This document shows positions 1 through 10,060 of a stretch of 27,696 nucleotides of DNA, piece after piece. The first letter of the stretch is position 1; the number at the start of each line of letters is the position of its first letter. Origin of the DNA: an uncultured bacterium (GTDB lineage Bacteria > Hydrogenedentota > Hydrogenedentia > Hydrogenedentales > JAEUWI01); assembly GCA_963977445.1 (NCBI GenBank), contig CAXBPH010000074.1:1-27696 (forward strand), given 5' to 3'. A program made the translations under genes and the position numbers. The notes under the pieces are model-generated. The model was not told the DNA's origin. It saw only the letters and a list, made by a program, of their open reading frames with translations, and did not search any database.

Positions 1-49
1 CCCAGAGAAGTGTGGCCAAAACCCCGGAAGGGGTATATACAGAATTCAT
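1..49 (-). CDS. Possible 5' end of a gene running off the left edge (MNSVYTPSGVLATLLW...)
   Basis: Minus-strand ATG at 49 with AAGGA about 10 nt upstream; frame open to the edge, but only 16 codons are visible. Confidence 0.3.
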   Translation of the reverse strand, partial: MNSVYTPSGVLATLLW

Positions 50-179
50 GAAAAGCATTCCTTTGGATTGGGCGGTGCCAGCGAATGTACCGCTCAACTT
101 GGGTACATCGACGCCGCAGCCGACCGACGGAGGGATTGACCTACGCTAACAGTCCTCACCCCTCCATTGCAATGGACTT

Positions 180-1946
180 TTAGGAAGATGAGGACAAAAC
201 GTCTTCGATGACCTGTCGCATGGTGTCGGCACTGAAGGGCTTCTTAAGGAATGCGGAAAACTCGATGCCCGGATATCTGCGTTCAACTTCGCGTCGGGTA
301 TAGCCGCTACACAGGACGATTGGGATTTTCTCACACAGGGGTTTCAGCGCCACGGAGACGTCCAGGCCGTCTTTACTCGGTAGCATTACATCGAGCAGGA
401 TTACGTCGATATTGTCCTTTTGGGATTCAAAAACGGAAAGGGCATCGTCGCCATCTACCGCTAGAAATACGGTGTATCCGCTGCCCTGGAGTATATGCAT
501 GCCCAGTTCACGGACCATTTCTTCATCGTCCACCAGCAAGACGCCCCCACCGCAAGGGCGTTCTCGTACAACTTCGTCAACCAGCGGCAAGGCATCAACG
601 GTCGCTTGTGCCTCGATTGCGGGAAATATCACGATGAAGGTGGTGCCTTTTTCGGGCGTGCTCGTTACGCTAATGGCTCCCTTGTGTGCCCGAACAATGC
701 CAAGGACTGCGGCCAGGCCCAATCCTCTTCCGGTAAATTTTGTGGTAAAAAAAGGATCGAAAATCTTGTCCACCATGTCGTTCTCAAATCCTGCACCAGA
801 ATCCGTAATTTCGAGGAAGCTGTAGGTACCCGGTTGGTGTCCTTCGGTGAAACGCATCGTTGCTATACAGGCCGCGTCGGCAAGAAGGGTCCCGGTGCGA
901 ATCACAATTGTGCCGGAACTTTCGGCGATCGCTTCCGAAGCGTTGGTGACAATATTGACGATCAGTTGTTTGAGCTGGCTTTCATCGCCAACAATTTTCG
1001 GCAAGTCTTCGCTCAGTTCAAAGGTAAGGTTAATTTTCTTACTTATGGTCGCGGTTATCAGGTAGCGCATCTCGGAAACGATGGTGGACAAATTGGTGGG
1101 TGACAGTTGAAACATACCACCGCCAGAATAGGACAGAATCTGCGATACAAGGTCGGTGGCGCGATCAGAAGCTTTGTGTATTTCACCTACACAATGTTGA
1201 ACGAGAGCAACATCGGCAACATCGGAGTCAATAAGGTCTGCATTACCTACAATTACCGCAAGAAGATTGTTGAAATCATGGGCGATTCCACTGGCGAGAA
1301 CCCCGATACTTTCGAGTTTCTGCATTTCACGGGCTTGCTCTTCCATGCGTTTCTTGTCAACTTCCAGCGCTTCCCGTCGCGCCACTTCGTCGCGTGCTGT
1401 CTGATGCATGGACTTATAGTCTTGAATTCGATGGGTCAACTCGGTGACATCTTCCACCGTAATCATGGCATAGAATTCCGGGGAAGGTGTTCGAGTAGAT
1501 TCAGGAACAGCCGTTACCGTTGTTTTCTGAACGCGCTGCGCGCCCCCGGTGGTGACCGATGGGAAGAAGTGTCTGTAGAGGGTGGAGGGGAAAACTATGG
1601 TAGGGCCACCTTCGAAGATAACGTCAATTTGCGCGCGAATCGGTACCTCCAGGAGATAGGGCGCCTGTGAGGTGACGGATGTCCCCAATACGCCGTCGGC
1701 CGAAATGCCCGTCCATGACGCCATGCAATCATTCCAGAATACCACGTTGAGTTTCGGGTCGATTATACAGACGCCGACGGGCATGTGATTGAGAAGGGTA
1801 AAACGATCTTCACCCGCTCGAAGTTCCGACGGTCCAGATTCCATTTCAGAAAGATTCCTTTGCTGAATACATGGTTGGAAACCTGTTGTATACGAAGAAA
1901 ATATTACGGCGGGGATGGAACCATTTGCGGGCGTTCCATCGCCCAT
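180..1946 (-). CDS. Hybrid sensor histidine kinase/response regulator (PAS-HisKA-HATPase_c-REC), cytoplasmic
   Basis: PAS-like MPVGVCIID..VVFWN; H-box GIAHDFNNLL; N-box QLIVNIVTNASEA; DSGAG, FDPFFTTK, GRGLGL; receiver LLVDDE, ILLDVMLP, CSGY, KPF. No TM segment. The true start may be ~34 codons downstream (MESGP). Confidence 0.95.
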   Translation of the reverse strand: MGDGTPANGSIPAVIFSSYTTGFQPCIQQRNLSEMESGPSELRAGEDRFTLLNHMPVGVCIIDPKLNVVFWNDCMASWTGISADGVLGTSVTSQAPYLLEVPIRAQIDVIFEGGPTIVFPSTLYRHFFPSVTTGGAQRVQKTTVTAVPESTRTPSPEFYAMITVEDVTELTHRIQDYKSMHQTARDEVARREALEVDKKRMEEQAREMQKLESIGVLASGIAHDFNNLLAVIVGNADLIDSDVADVALVQHCVGEIHKASDRATDLVSQILSYSGGGMFQLSPTNLSTIVSEMRYLITATISKKINLTFELSEDLPKIVGDESQLKQLIVNIVTNASEAIAESSGTIVIRTGTLLADAACIATMRFTEGHQPGTYSFLEITDSGAGFENDMVDKIFDPFFTTKFTGRGLGLAAVLGIVRAHKGAISVTSTPEKGTTFIVIFPAIEAQATVDALPLVDEVVRERPCGGGVLLVDDEEMVRELGMHILQGSGYTVFLAVDGDDALSVFESQKDNIDVILLDVMLPSKDGLDVSVALKPLCEKIPIVLCSGYTRREVERRYPGIEFSAFLKKPFSADTMRQVIEDVLSSSS

Positions 1947-1994
1947 CGCGGCACGACGAACGTCTCTTTAGCCCGTAACATAAAATGAGTCCTC

Positions 1995-2023
1995 AGTATA
2001 CCTTAGTGTATGCCCATTACCAA
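1995..2023 (-). promoter_or_regulatory. Candidate sigma70-type promoter for the kinase gene
   Basis: Minus strand TTGGTA-N17-TATACT in the divergent intergenic gap. Confidence 0.35.
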
Positions 2024-2122
2024 TCCAATGTACGACCTGACTTGGCGGGAATGCACTGGTATTGCAATTCCTGACTCGGGACTGTTTAAATCCAAGTGGC
2101 GTCGGTGCCTTATTGAAATCTA

Positions 2123-3994
2123 ATGGAGAATCTATTCGTGAATCACGGTGTATGTAGAAGTCTCATTTTAGCAGTTATAGTCTGTCTTTCCACGGTAAGT
2201 TTTGGGGCGAGTGTGGAGGAGATACACACGGCCCTCCGCGACCCGGCACCTCATCCGCGATTATTGTTGAGCAACGCCGAACTTGCCGAACTCAAAGCGC
2301 GGGCCGGGGACGACGAGGCCCTGCAGCGGATTGCCAGTCAAATCATAAGCGAGGCAGATGAGACATTAAATGCCCCGCCGCTGAAGCACATACTGAAGGG
2401 CCCCCGGTTGCTGACCGTGAGTCGCAACTGCCTGCGCCGGGTGTATACGCTCGCCCTCGCCTGGCGGTGGACCGGAAACGATGCCTATGCCAACGCGGCC
2501 ATAGCGAATCTGCAGACGGTTTGTGCCTTTCCCGATTGGAATCCTTCCCATTTTCTGGACACGGCAGAAATGAGTCATGCCGTCGCTATTGGCTACGACT
2601 GGCTTTATGACTACATGGACGAGGGCACCCGAAACACGATCCGGGAGGGATTGATACGCCATGGCATGGAGCCCGGGTTGGCCGCCTATGCCAATGAGAA
2701 GACGTGGTGGGTAAAGTCGGAATTCAATTGGAACCAGGTGTGCAACAGTGGTCTGCTCATCGGTGCTCTGGCGTTGGTCGAATCTGATCCGACCTACGCG
2801 AATACGATCCTGCCTGCTGCTGTGGCTTCCCTCCCTAAATCACTGGCCTCCTATAATCCAGACGGCGTTTGGAGCGAGGGCCCTGCGTACTGGAGCTACG
2901 CCACACGCTATACCGCCTATGGCCTGGCGGCGATGGAGAGCGCCTTGGGCACCTCCTTTGGCTTGAGCGATATGCCTGGACTCGCAAAGACCGCCTATTT
3001 TCCCATGCTGACCACAGGGCCAACCGGGCTCTATCTGAATTTCGCGGACAGCAAACAGAACAGCACGCGCAAGCCCCTGCCGACCTTGTTCTGGCTTGCC
3101 CGCACGTATAACCTGCCGGGCGTGGCCTACGGGGAACACCAGTTGCTGAAGGAGCAACCCGCGAGTCCTCACCACCTTATCTGGTACGTGCCGGCCCCCG
3201 TTGGCGGCGCAGAGGCCCTTCCCCTGGACCGCTACCTCGAGAGCACGGTGCCGGTTTCGGTGAGCCGCAGCGCATGGAACGATGAGAATGCGCTTTTCCT
3301 GGGAATCAAAGGGGGCTACAACCAGGTAAATCACGGACACCTCGATCTGGGTAATTTTGAACTGGATGCCCTGGGAAATCGATGGGCCCGGGACTTGGGT
3401 TCGGACGACTACAATCTTCCGGGCTACTGGGACCGGAAAAAGGGCGGAAAACGGTGGAATTATTTTCGACTTAACTCTCTCAGCCACAATGTGCCGCTCA
3501 TCGACGGCAACGGCCAGGACCCCAATGGCAAAGCGACTATTCTCCGAACAGGTTCCGATGATGACGGAGCCTTTACGATTGTTGATTTGTCCAAAGCCTA
3601 CGAAGGGGCGAAACAGGTCATTCGTGGTGCTGGACTGATTGGCGGGCGTCGCGCTGCGTTGATTCAAGATGAATTCGAGCTGGAGGAAGGGGCGGCCCTT
3701 AGCTGGGCCATGACGACCGATGCCGAAATTACGATCGAGTCACCCCACCACGCCATCTTGTCGCAAAATGGCAAAACCCTGCATGTAGACATCGTGTCAC
3801 CCGCTACGGCCCAGTGGGCCGTGGCAAGTGCGGAGCAGCAGGAGCCCGAACATGGCAATCAGGGCGTGAAACGTCTTCTCGCGCAGGTTCCTGCCGGTGC
3901 CACGAAGGTCACCGTGTCGATTTGTCTGCGCCCGGAGTGGCCCGACGGCGGTGCCATACCGCTTCCTGAAGTGGCACCCCTGGCTTCCTGGTAA
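2123..3994 (+). CDS. Secreted heparinase II/III-family (polysaccharide lyase-like) protein
   Basis: Signal-peptide-like N-terminus; [50 protein letters not shown] motifs typical of Hepar_II_III proteins. Confidence 0.85.
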   Translation: MENLFVNHGVCRSLILAVIVCLSTVSFGASVEEIHTALRDPAPHPRLLLSNAELAELKARAGDDEALQRIASQIISEADETLNAPPLKHILKGPRLLTVSRNCLRRVYTLALAWRWTGNDAYANAAIANLQTVCAFPDWNPSHFLDTAEMSHAVAIGYDWLYDYMDEGTRNTIREGLIRHGMEPGLAAYANEKTWWVKSEFNWNQVCNSGLLIGALALVESDPTYANTILPAAVASLPKSLASYNPDGVWSEGPAYWSYATRYTAYGLAAMESALGTSFGLSDMPGLAKTAYFPMLTTGPTGLYLNFADSKQNSTRKPLPTLFWLARTYNLPGVAYGEHQLLKEQPASPHHLIWYVPAPVGGAEALPLDRYLESTVPVSVSRSAWNDENALFLGIKGGYNQVNHGHLDLGNFELDALGNRWARDLGSDDYNLPGYWDRKKGGKRWNYFRLNSLSHNVPLIDGNGQDPNGKATILRTGSDDDGAFTIVDLSKAYEGAKQVIRGAGLIGGRRAALIQDEFELEEGAALSWAMTTDAEITIESPHHAILSQNGKTLHVDIVSPATAQWAVASAEQQEPEHGNQGVKRLLAQVPAGATKVTVSICLRPEWPDGGAIPLPEVAPLASW

Positions 3995-4013
3995 ACGTGA
4001 AGGGATTGGGCTC

Positions 4014-4541
4014 ATGGGTAGCGTAAGAGAGCGAATCGAGGTGGTAGCGGGGGATATCACCACCGAGTCCGTGGATGCCATCGTCAATGCCGCGAATGAA
4101 TCTCTCCTCGGGGGCGGGGGCGTCGATGGCGCCATTCATCGGGCCGGGGGGCCGTCCATTTTGGCAGCATGTCGCCTTCTGGGCGGCTGTGAGACTGGTG
4201 ATGCCAAAATAACGACCGGGGGGGACCTGCCGGCGCGCTTTGTGATTCATACGGTAGGCCCCGTCTATGGCGGGGGCAATGATGGGGAGCCGACGCTCCT
4301 GGCCCGTTGCTACCGCAGGAGTCTCGAGGTTGCGGTGCAACACGATGTCCGTACGATAGCGTTTCCGGCGATCAGCTGCGGCGTATACGGGTATCCCATC
4401 CCCGCTGCCGCCGCGATTGCCATGGAAACGGTGGCACAGTTTTTAGCGCAGGACACAACTATTGAGCAGGTCCGCTTCGTTTTGTTTGGCCCCACGACGC
4501 TGTCGGCCTTTCTGACCTGCTTTAATGACCTCACCGAATGA
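4014..4541 (+). CDS. ymdB: Macro-domain O-acetyl-ADP-ribose deacetylase (YmdB-like)
   Basis: [49 protein letters not shown] at 4014 follows the upstream stop by 19 nt. Confidence 0.93.
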   Translation: MGSVRERIEVVAGDITTESVDAIVNAANESLLGGGGVDGAIHRAGGPSILAACRLLGGCETGDAKITTGGDLPARFVIHTVGPVYGGGNDGEPTLLARCYRRSLEVAVQHDVRTIAFPAISCGVYGYPIPAAAAIAMETVAQFLAQDTTIEQVRFVLFGPTTLSAFLTCFNDLTE

Positions 4542-4589
4542 ACTCAGACACGGAATAAGCAATGAGCAGAGGGTAGTTAACTCTTTACA

Positions 4590-4619
4590 TTGCAACTTTT
4601 ACGGCCTGCTGGGCATAAT
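4590..4619 (+). promoter_or_regulatory. Candidate sigma70-type promoter of the exbBD-TPR-VWA operon
   Basis: TTGCAA-N18-CATAAT about 80 nt upstream of the ATG at 4701. Confidence 0.45.
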
Positions 4620-4700
4620 ACCCTCATGATGCGCACTGGGGCGCGGTGTGTCCGCAATCAGTGGCCATTTAATGATGTTGGAAGCGTTTGGAGTTGTTTC

Positions 4701-5501
4701 ATGAGTCGATTTATCGGGCTGGTTCTTGTCGGACTGATAGTGTGTGCTACCGCGGCCTTCGGGCAGGAAGATGCCGTGCCCGCTGTGGACGAGGTTTCGG
4801 CGGCGCCCGTGGCGATGGAGCGTCCAACGGTGACGGTCCTGGAGCCCGCCATTCCTTCGATGCCGTCGAACCCCAATCAATTGACCCTGATGATGATGAT
4901 TCAGCAGGGGGGCTATATACTCTGGGTGATTATGGCCCTTGGTTTTGTGTCGCTTGTTCTGTGCCTCTACCACCTCCTCACGCTCACGCCGGGCCGTGAA
5001 GCGCCCAAGAGCCTCATTCGCCGTGCCCATACCCAATTGCAGGAAGGGGATCTGCGCGGGGCCTACCAGATGTGCCAGGAGCGGGATGAGTATCTGGCAT
5101 TGGTGCTGCGCGCCGGCCTGAAAATGGCGGGTCACGAGCGTTACGTCATCCAGGAGGCCATGGAAAGTGAAGGGGAGCGGGGGGCCACGGCGCTCTGGCA
5201 AAAAATATCCTATCTGAACAATATCGCGAATCTGGCACCGCTGCTGGGGCTGCTGGGCACGGTTTGGGGCATGATGCAGGCCTTCGGCGCGATTGCCTTT
5301 GAAGATGCCCAGGTAAAGGGGCTCACCATGGCCTACAGCGTGGCCGAAGCCATGATTACCACCGCCGCTGGACTGCTTCTGGCGATTCCCACCATGGCGG
5401 TGTATTTCTTCCTGCGCGGGCGGGTGATCAAGATTATCGCGGCCGTCGAAGCCAACGCGAGCGAGCTTGTGGAACTCATCGTGAAGGAGGGCGAGTCATG
5501 A
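4701..5501 (+). CDS. exbB: MotA/TolQ/ExbB proton channel family protein with N-terminal signal-like extension
   Basis: GGYILW; LAPLLGLLGTVWGMMQAF; AEAMITTAAGLLLAIP. ATG 4701 with GGAG upstream. Confidence 0.93.
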   Translation: MSRFIGLVLVGLIVCATAAFGQEDAVPAVDEVSAAPVAMERPTVTVLEPAIPSMPSNPNQLTLMMMIQQGGYILWVIMALGFVSLVLCLYHLLTLTPGREAPKSLIRRAHTQLQEGDLRGAYQMCQERDEYLALVLRAGLKMAGHERYVIQEAMESEGERGATALWQKISYLNNIANLAPLLGLLGTVWGMMQAFGAIAFEDAQVKGLTMAYSVAEAMITTAAGLLLAIPTMAVYFFLRGRVIKIIAAVEANASELVELIVKEGES

Positions 5502-5950
5502 GATTCGGCCGCAGCATTCCGGAAAACTCCGAATCCATCCCGATGGCCCCCCTGATCGATATCGTTTTCCTGACCCTGGTTTTCTTTATGGTAACCTCCG
5601 TCTATGGGGCCCTCGAAAGTGAGGTCGACATTACCCTGCCCACGGCGGACTCTGCCATTCAGTCCGAGCGAAACCATGGGGAGATTTTCATTAACCTCCG
5701 TTCCGATGGCTCCATTGTGGTCAACAACCGGGAGCAAACTATCGAGGAGCTGCAAAATCTGCTCGATCGGGTGGCCGAGCTCTTTCCCGGCGGTGCGGTG
5801 ATTATTCGTGGCGACCAGAATGCCATATTGGGCCGGGCGATTCAGATCCTCGACAGCTGCAGGAAAGCCGATATTCAGAACGTCTCCTTTGCCGCCCTGG
5901 ACACGGCGGAGTCGCAAAGCGGAGCCGCCCCAGCCAACGAGGGCCGTTAA
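5498..5950 (+). CDS. exbD: ExbD/TolR biopolymer transport protein
   Basis: MAPLIDIVFLTLVFFMV with the conserved TM Asp; ITLPTA; VIIRGD. ATGA overlap with exbB; strong SD AAGGAGG. Confidence 0.95.
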   Translation: MRFGRSIPENSESIPMAPLIDIVFLTLVFFMVTSVYGALESEVDITLPTADSAIQSERNHGEIFINLRSDGSIVVNNREQTIEELQNLLDRVAELFPGGAVIIRGDQNAILGRAIQILDSCRKADIQNVSFAALDTAESQSGAAPANEGR

Positions 5951-5951
5951 G

Positions 5952-8297
5952 ATGATGCGGATCTTGTCCATAGCCTGCCTGGTTACGCTGGCGTGCATTA
6001 CCTTTGGCGCACACGGTGCTGACGATGAATCGATTCAGGAAAACCAGCTGAATTTCGCCAACGGGCTCTTTCAACACGGATTCTTTGAAGAAGCTACAGA
6101 AGAGTACGAAGCGTATATTGCCGCACAGGCAGGCGCCTCCGTAGCGCCTGAGGTCTGGTATTATCTCGGTGAGTCGGCCTATGCGGCGCGCAAATACGAA
6201 CGTGCCATAGAGGCGTTCGAGACCCTCCAGGCACAGCCCGGTGATTCACCCTGGAAGGTGAAGGCCCGGTTGAGCCAGGGCGAGGTCTACTTTTATGTAA
6301 AGGCCTACGAAAAATCCATCGCCCTGCTCACCCCCTTGTCGGCCCCGGACCAGCCGGAAAGCAGCCGTGGGAACGCCATCTACTATCTGGGCAAAGGGCT
6401 CTTCGAATTGGGTCGAAATGCCGAAGCCATACAGACATTTTCGGTCCTGGTGGATGAAATGCCCGCCCATCCCCTTTCCGCTTATGGGGGCTTTCAATTG
6501 GCCTGCACCCACCTTGCGATGGGTGCCCTCGAAGAAGCAGCCATGCAATTTTCTTCGGTGGCCGGCTCCGAAGCCGATGGGGCCTTGCGGATGGAGAGTC
6601 GTTTTCGGGCGGCACAGACCTACGACAAGATAGGTTGGTACAATGCCGCCCTCGGTGCCTACGAGCAACTGACCACCGAATTTCCCGAGGCACCCTTTGC
6701 CGAGGAAGCGGGCATGGGGCTTATCTGGGCACTTTTTCATGAAGGAAAGTGCGGAGACGCCCAGAAGGCGATCACCGCCCACCTCAAGCGTTTTCCCGAG
6801 ACAAAGAAACTGGTCGAGCTGGAGTATATTCGCGCCAATTGCCTTCAGCAGGCAGGTAAGAACGACGCCGCCATGGAAGCCTTTATCCAGTTGCGGGAAA
6901 CCTTTACCAAATCCGAGTTCGCCGGACGTGCCCTTTATAAGATGGCCTGGATACAGTATCTGAACGATAACATGGGGCAGGCTCAGGAACTGGTGACGCA
7001 ATTCCTGCAGGAGTATAAGGATTCCCCACTGGTCGGTGAAGGGGCCTTTCTCCTGGGCACCATCTTTGTAGCCCAGGGAAACTATGAAGACGCCCAGGAG
7101 GAGTTTCGCCTCGTATCGGAGCGCTATCCCCAGAGTGAGTTTGGTGCCGAAGCCCTCTTTAAGTCCGGCGAATGCCTGGAGCAGCTCGCGCTGACCGATG
7201 CCGCCGCGCAGACCTTTGAAGAATTTGTGACGAAGTACCCCGACCATGCCCTGACCAGCCAGGCCATACTCCGTGCGGGGGATGCACGTTTTGCCGCCAG
7301 TGCCTTCGAAGAGGCGGTCGCGCGCTATACGAAGATCCTGGAGAAGCCCACCGATCCGGCGGTCGAGGAGCAGGTACTCTATCGCCTCGCCCTCACCTAT
7401 CATAATATGAAAGACTACGCGAGCAGCGCCAAAACCCTCACCACCTTACTCGAAAAGTTTCCCCAGTCCACCCATCGGGAAGAGGCGCTATTTCGTGTTG
7501 CTGAGCACACGCTGAAAGTGGTCGAAGAGCCCGTGAAGGCCGTTGAGCTCTACCAGCAGCTGTTGGATGCGTCCCCCGAAGGTCCCTATGCCGGGCGTGC
7601 CCTCCGTGGCCTCGCGCTGGCCCGCTATACCCACAAAGATTTTGAACAGGCCGCAACCCTGTTTTATCGCCTCATGACAGAGGCGAAAGACGTGTCATTG
7701 AACGAAGAGGTCTACAATTGGACCGGACAGTGGTTCTATGACCACGAGCAGTGGAAAGAGGCGGCCCACACTTTCGAAATCTTGCTGGAAGCCATTCCTG
7801 CCTACCCCTATGCCGATGAAGTGCGATTCAAGATTGCCGAGTGCAGTGAAAAAGGCGGCGATCAGGAAAAGGCCCTGACGTTGTATACAACCATGGCGGA
7901 TTCTGGCGCCGTATCCGATTTTGCTACGCGGGCGCGCTGGCGTCTCGGGCAAGTCTATGAGGCCCGTGGTGAATTCGACAAGGCCATCGACTGGTATGAA
8001 GCCGCCGCCAATTCCAATAGCGGAGACGTAGCCGCGCAGGCCCGTTTTCAACTCGGGGTGCTCTACGAGGGGCAGGCAGAGTTTGGCAAGGCCGCCCGCA
8101 GTTTCATGCGCGTAGCCATTCTGTTCCTTCACGAAGAAATGTCACCCGAGTCGCTATGGCGCGCCGGTCAATGCTATGAGAAAGTGGACCAGGCGGAACA
8201 GGCCCAAAAAGCCTATAGTGTGCTATTGGCAGATTTTCCGGAGAGCCCCTTCGCCGCGAAGGCACGGGAAGCCTTGTCAGCCGCTGGGAAGTCCTGA
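5952..8297 (+). CDS. Exported tetratricopeptide-repeat protein (CpoB/BamD-like repeats, ~780 aa)
   Basis: Signal peptide MMRILSIACLVTLACITFGAHGA; many TPR units (YYLGE..Y, FPESPFA, YPQSEFG, YPDHAL). ATG 2 nt after the exbD stop. Confidence 0.9.
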   Translation: MMRILSIACLVTLACITFGAHGADDESIQENQLNFANGLFQHGFFEEATEEYEAYIAAQAGASVAPEVWYYLGESAYAARKYERAIEAFETLQAQPGDSPWKVKARLSQGEVYFYVKAYEKSIALLTPLSAPDQPESSRGNAIYYLGKGLFELGRNAEAIQTFSVLVDEMPAHPLSAYGGFQLACTHLAMGALEEAAMQFSSVAGSEADGALRMESRFRAAQTYDKIGWYNAALGAYEQLTTEFPEAPFAEEAGMGLIWALFHEGKCGDAQKAITAHLKRFPETKKLVELEYIRANCLQQAGKNDAAMEAFIQLRETFTKSEFAGRALYKMAWIQYLNDNMGQAQELVTQFLQEYKDSPLVGEGAFLLGTIFVAQGNYEDAQEEFRLVSERYPQSEFGAEALFKSGECLEQLALTDAAAQTFEEFVTKYPDHALTSQAILRAGDARFAASAFEEAVARYTKILEKPTDPAVEEQVLYRLALTYHNMKDYASSAKTLTTLLEKFPQSTHREEALFRVAEHTLKVVEEPVKAVELYQQLLDASPEGPYAGRALRGLALARYTHKDFEQAATLFYRLMTEAKDVSLNEEVYNWTGQWFYDHEQWKEAAHTFEILLEAIPAYPYADEVRFKIAECSEKGGDQEKALTLYTTMADSGAVSDFATRARWRLGQVYEARGEFDKAIDWYEAAANSNSGDVAAQARFQLGVLYEGQAEFGKAARSFMRVAILFLHEEMSPESLWRAGQCYEKVDQAEQAQKAYSVLLADFPESPFAAKAREALSAAGKS

Positions 8298-10060
8298 TGC
8301 TTAGCCGCCGCCTGATGTTTGGGCTCAGCGTCCTGTGTGTCGTGGTGATTTACGCGATTCTCTTTATCGTGGCACCCAATATTCAGATGATTCAGACCCA
8401 TGTAAAAGCACAGCGCCTCGCGGCCCACTTTAATGTGCAATTGCGCGATCCGGGTCAAATTCTCGGTGATAAGGGGGCCGGGAATGAGTTGGCCTTTGCG
8501 GCCCGACCCGGCTCGGTAAGCGATTTGTTGAAGCCAGACGCAACCCTCATCGCGCCTACCGGACAGGATACCCGAGGTGCCGAGGTTCCTCGATTGGAGG
8601 CCCGGATCGGTCAGGATCGGGTCGAACCCGAAGAACTCACCATCTCCGATTCCTTATCCCGAATGGATGCTCGGGTATTGGCGATATCACGGGACACCGC
8701 GCGCAGTGCGTTGGATGTACCACGACGTCTGGTGCGTTCTGGTGACGACACGAAAGCACCGGTGGAATTTTTGCCTACCTTGCGGGAGCCCGGCCCGCCC
8801 AATGGTGGGAATGTCGTTTTGTTGCCGCCTTCGGGGCTGCCGAGCCTGCTTGCGGAAGGTTCGGGGATCCTGGGTAACACCCGCCCCGGTGTGCTGGAGG
8901 GGCAGTTGCATGGTGGCACGCCCGCCGAGGATCTGCTTGAATCTGCCGCGCGCCTTCCCGATTTAGCTGGTGTAACAACGGCCCGAAGGGATACCGTTGC
9001 GCAGGCGATGAAGTCCATGGAGGAGACGCGAAACGTTGAAACCATGGAAGGACTTCTGGACATGGAGCTTTCCACATGGCAAAGTCCCCGTGAGCCCGAT
9101 GGCTTTTTTGAACTTCGCATTTTACCCCGCCAGAGCAAAGATATTCCGGTCCTGCCGAAAGATGTGACCTTCGTTGTCGACGCCTCCAGCAGCATACCCC
9201 AGCACAAACTCAACGTGACGGCCAAGGGATTGCGCAACGCGATTGCTCAACTTCGTGAAAGCGATCGCTTTAATGTGGTGGCCTTTCGGGATAGCCCACA
9301 GCAGTTCAAGGCCGAGCCAGTTCCGGCCACCCGGGAAAACATCGCAGAGGCCCAGGTCTTCCTCCAGCAGCTGGAGTCCCGGGGTGAGACCGACGTCTAC
9401 AAGGCCCTGCAGCCCGTGGTAAAGCAGTTGCCCCGTCACGGGATGCCTGGCGTCGTGGTGGTCGTGAGTGACGGTCGGCCCACGACCGGACTGCGGGATG
9501 GTCGCACTATCATCAACGGACTCTCGAACGACAATGAAGGGGGGAATGGAATCTATGCCTTCGGCGGCGGAAAAACCGTCAACCGATACCTTCTCGATTT
9601 GTTGGCCTATCGAAACAAAGGTGCCGCCGAGGTGGTGCAGCCTATCGATGATATTGAAACCGCCCTCCCAAAATTCTTTAAGACCTTGCGCGATCCCATT
9701 CTGGTGGACTTGCAGGCAGACTTTGGGCGGCTTGATGAATCCACCATATACCCCCAGGGCTTGCCCGACTTTTTTGGTGGACAGGCCGTCACACTCTACG
9801 GACGCTACACCCCGGGTAAAGACGGATCCTTTGCGATTCGCCTTGGGGGGGATGCGGGCGATGAGAAAAAGGAAGTGATTTTTCGTACCGACTTCAGCGA
9901 TGCCAAAGCGGGTGATCGGGATATCGCCCGGGGTTGGGCCTTTCAAAAGGCCTACGACATTATCGGCCGAATTTCGAAAGAGGGTGAAAAGCCCGAGTAC
10001 CTGAACGAGCTGAAACGGCTTCGTGTGGAGTATGGGGTCCAAACAAGTTATGACGAGTGA
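8297..10060 (+). CDS. Membrane-anchored von Willebrand factor A domain protein (ITIH/VIT-VWA-like C-terminal half)
   Basis: N-terminal TM helix; Pro/Gly-rich linker; MIDAS DVTFVVDASSS, GETD, VVSDGRPT; LPDFFGGQAVTLYGRY. TGATG coupling to the TPR gene. Confidence 0.88.
   Translation: MLSRRLMFGLSVLCVVVIYAILFIVAPNIQMIQTHVKAQRLAAHFNVQLRDPGQILGDKGAGNELAFAARPGSVSDLLKPDATLIAPTGQDTRGAEVPRLEARIGQDRVEPEELTISDSLSRMDARVLAISRDTARSALDVPRRLVRSGDDTKAPVEFLPTLREPGPPNGGNVVLLPPSGLPSLLAEGSGILGNTRPGVLEGQLHGGTPAEDLLESAARLPDLAGVTTARRDTVAQAMKSMEETRNVETMEGLLDMELSTWQSPREPDGFFELRILPRQSKDIPVLPKDVTFVVDASSSIPQHKLNVTAKGLRNAIAQLRESDRFNVVAFRDSPQQFKAEPVPATRENIAEAQVFLQQLESRGETDVYKALQPVVKQLPRHGMPGVVVVVSDGRPTTGLRDGRTIINGLSNDNEGGNGIYAFGGGKTVNRYLLDLLAYRNKGAAEVVQPIDDIETALPKFFKTLRDPILVDLQADFGRLDESTIYPQGLPDFFGGQAVTLYGRYTPGKDGSFAIRLGGDAGDEKKEVIFRTDFSDAKAGDRDIARGWAFQKAYDIIGRISKEGEKPEYLNELKRLRVEYGVQTSYDE

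Noticed and set aside
6246..7403. Long antisense ORFs (also 2840-3667, 9122-10075, 12370-13101, 13611-14561)
   Set aside because: Shadow frames opposite well-supported genes in GC-rich DNA, with no recognisable motifs.
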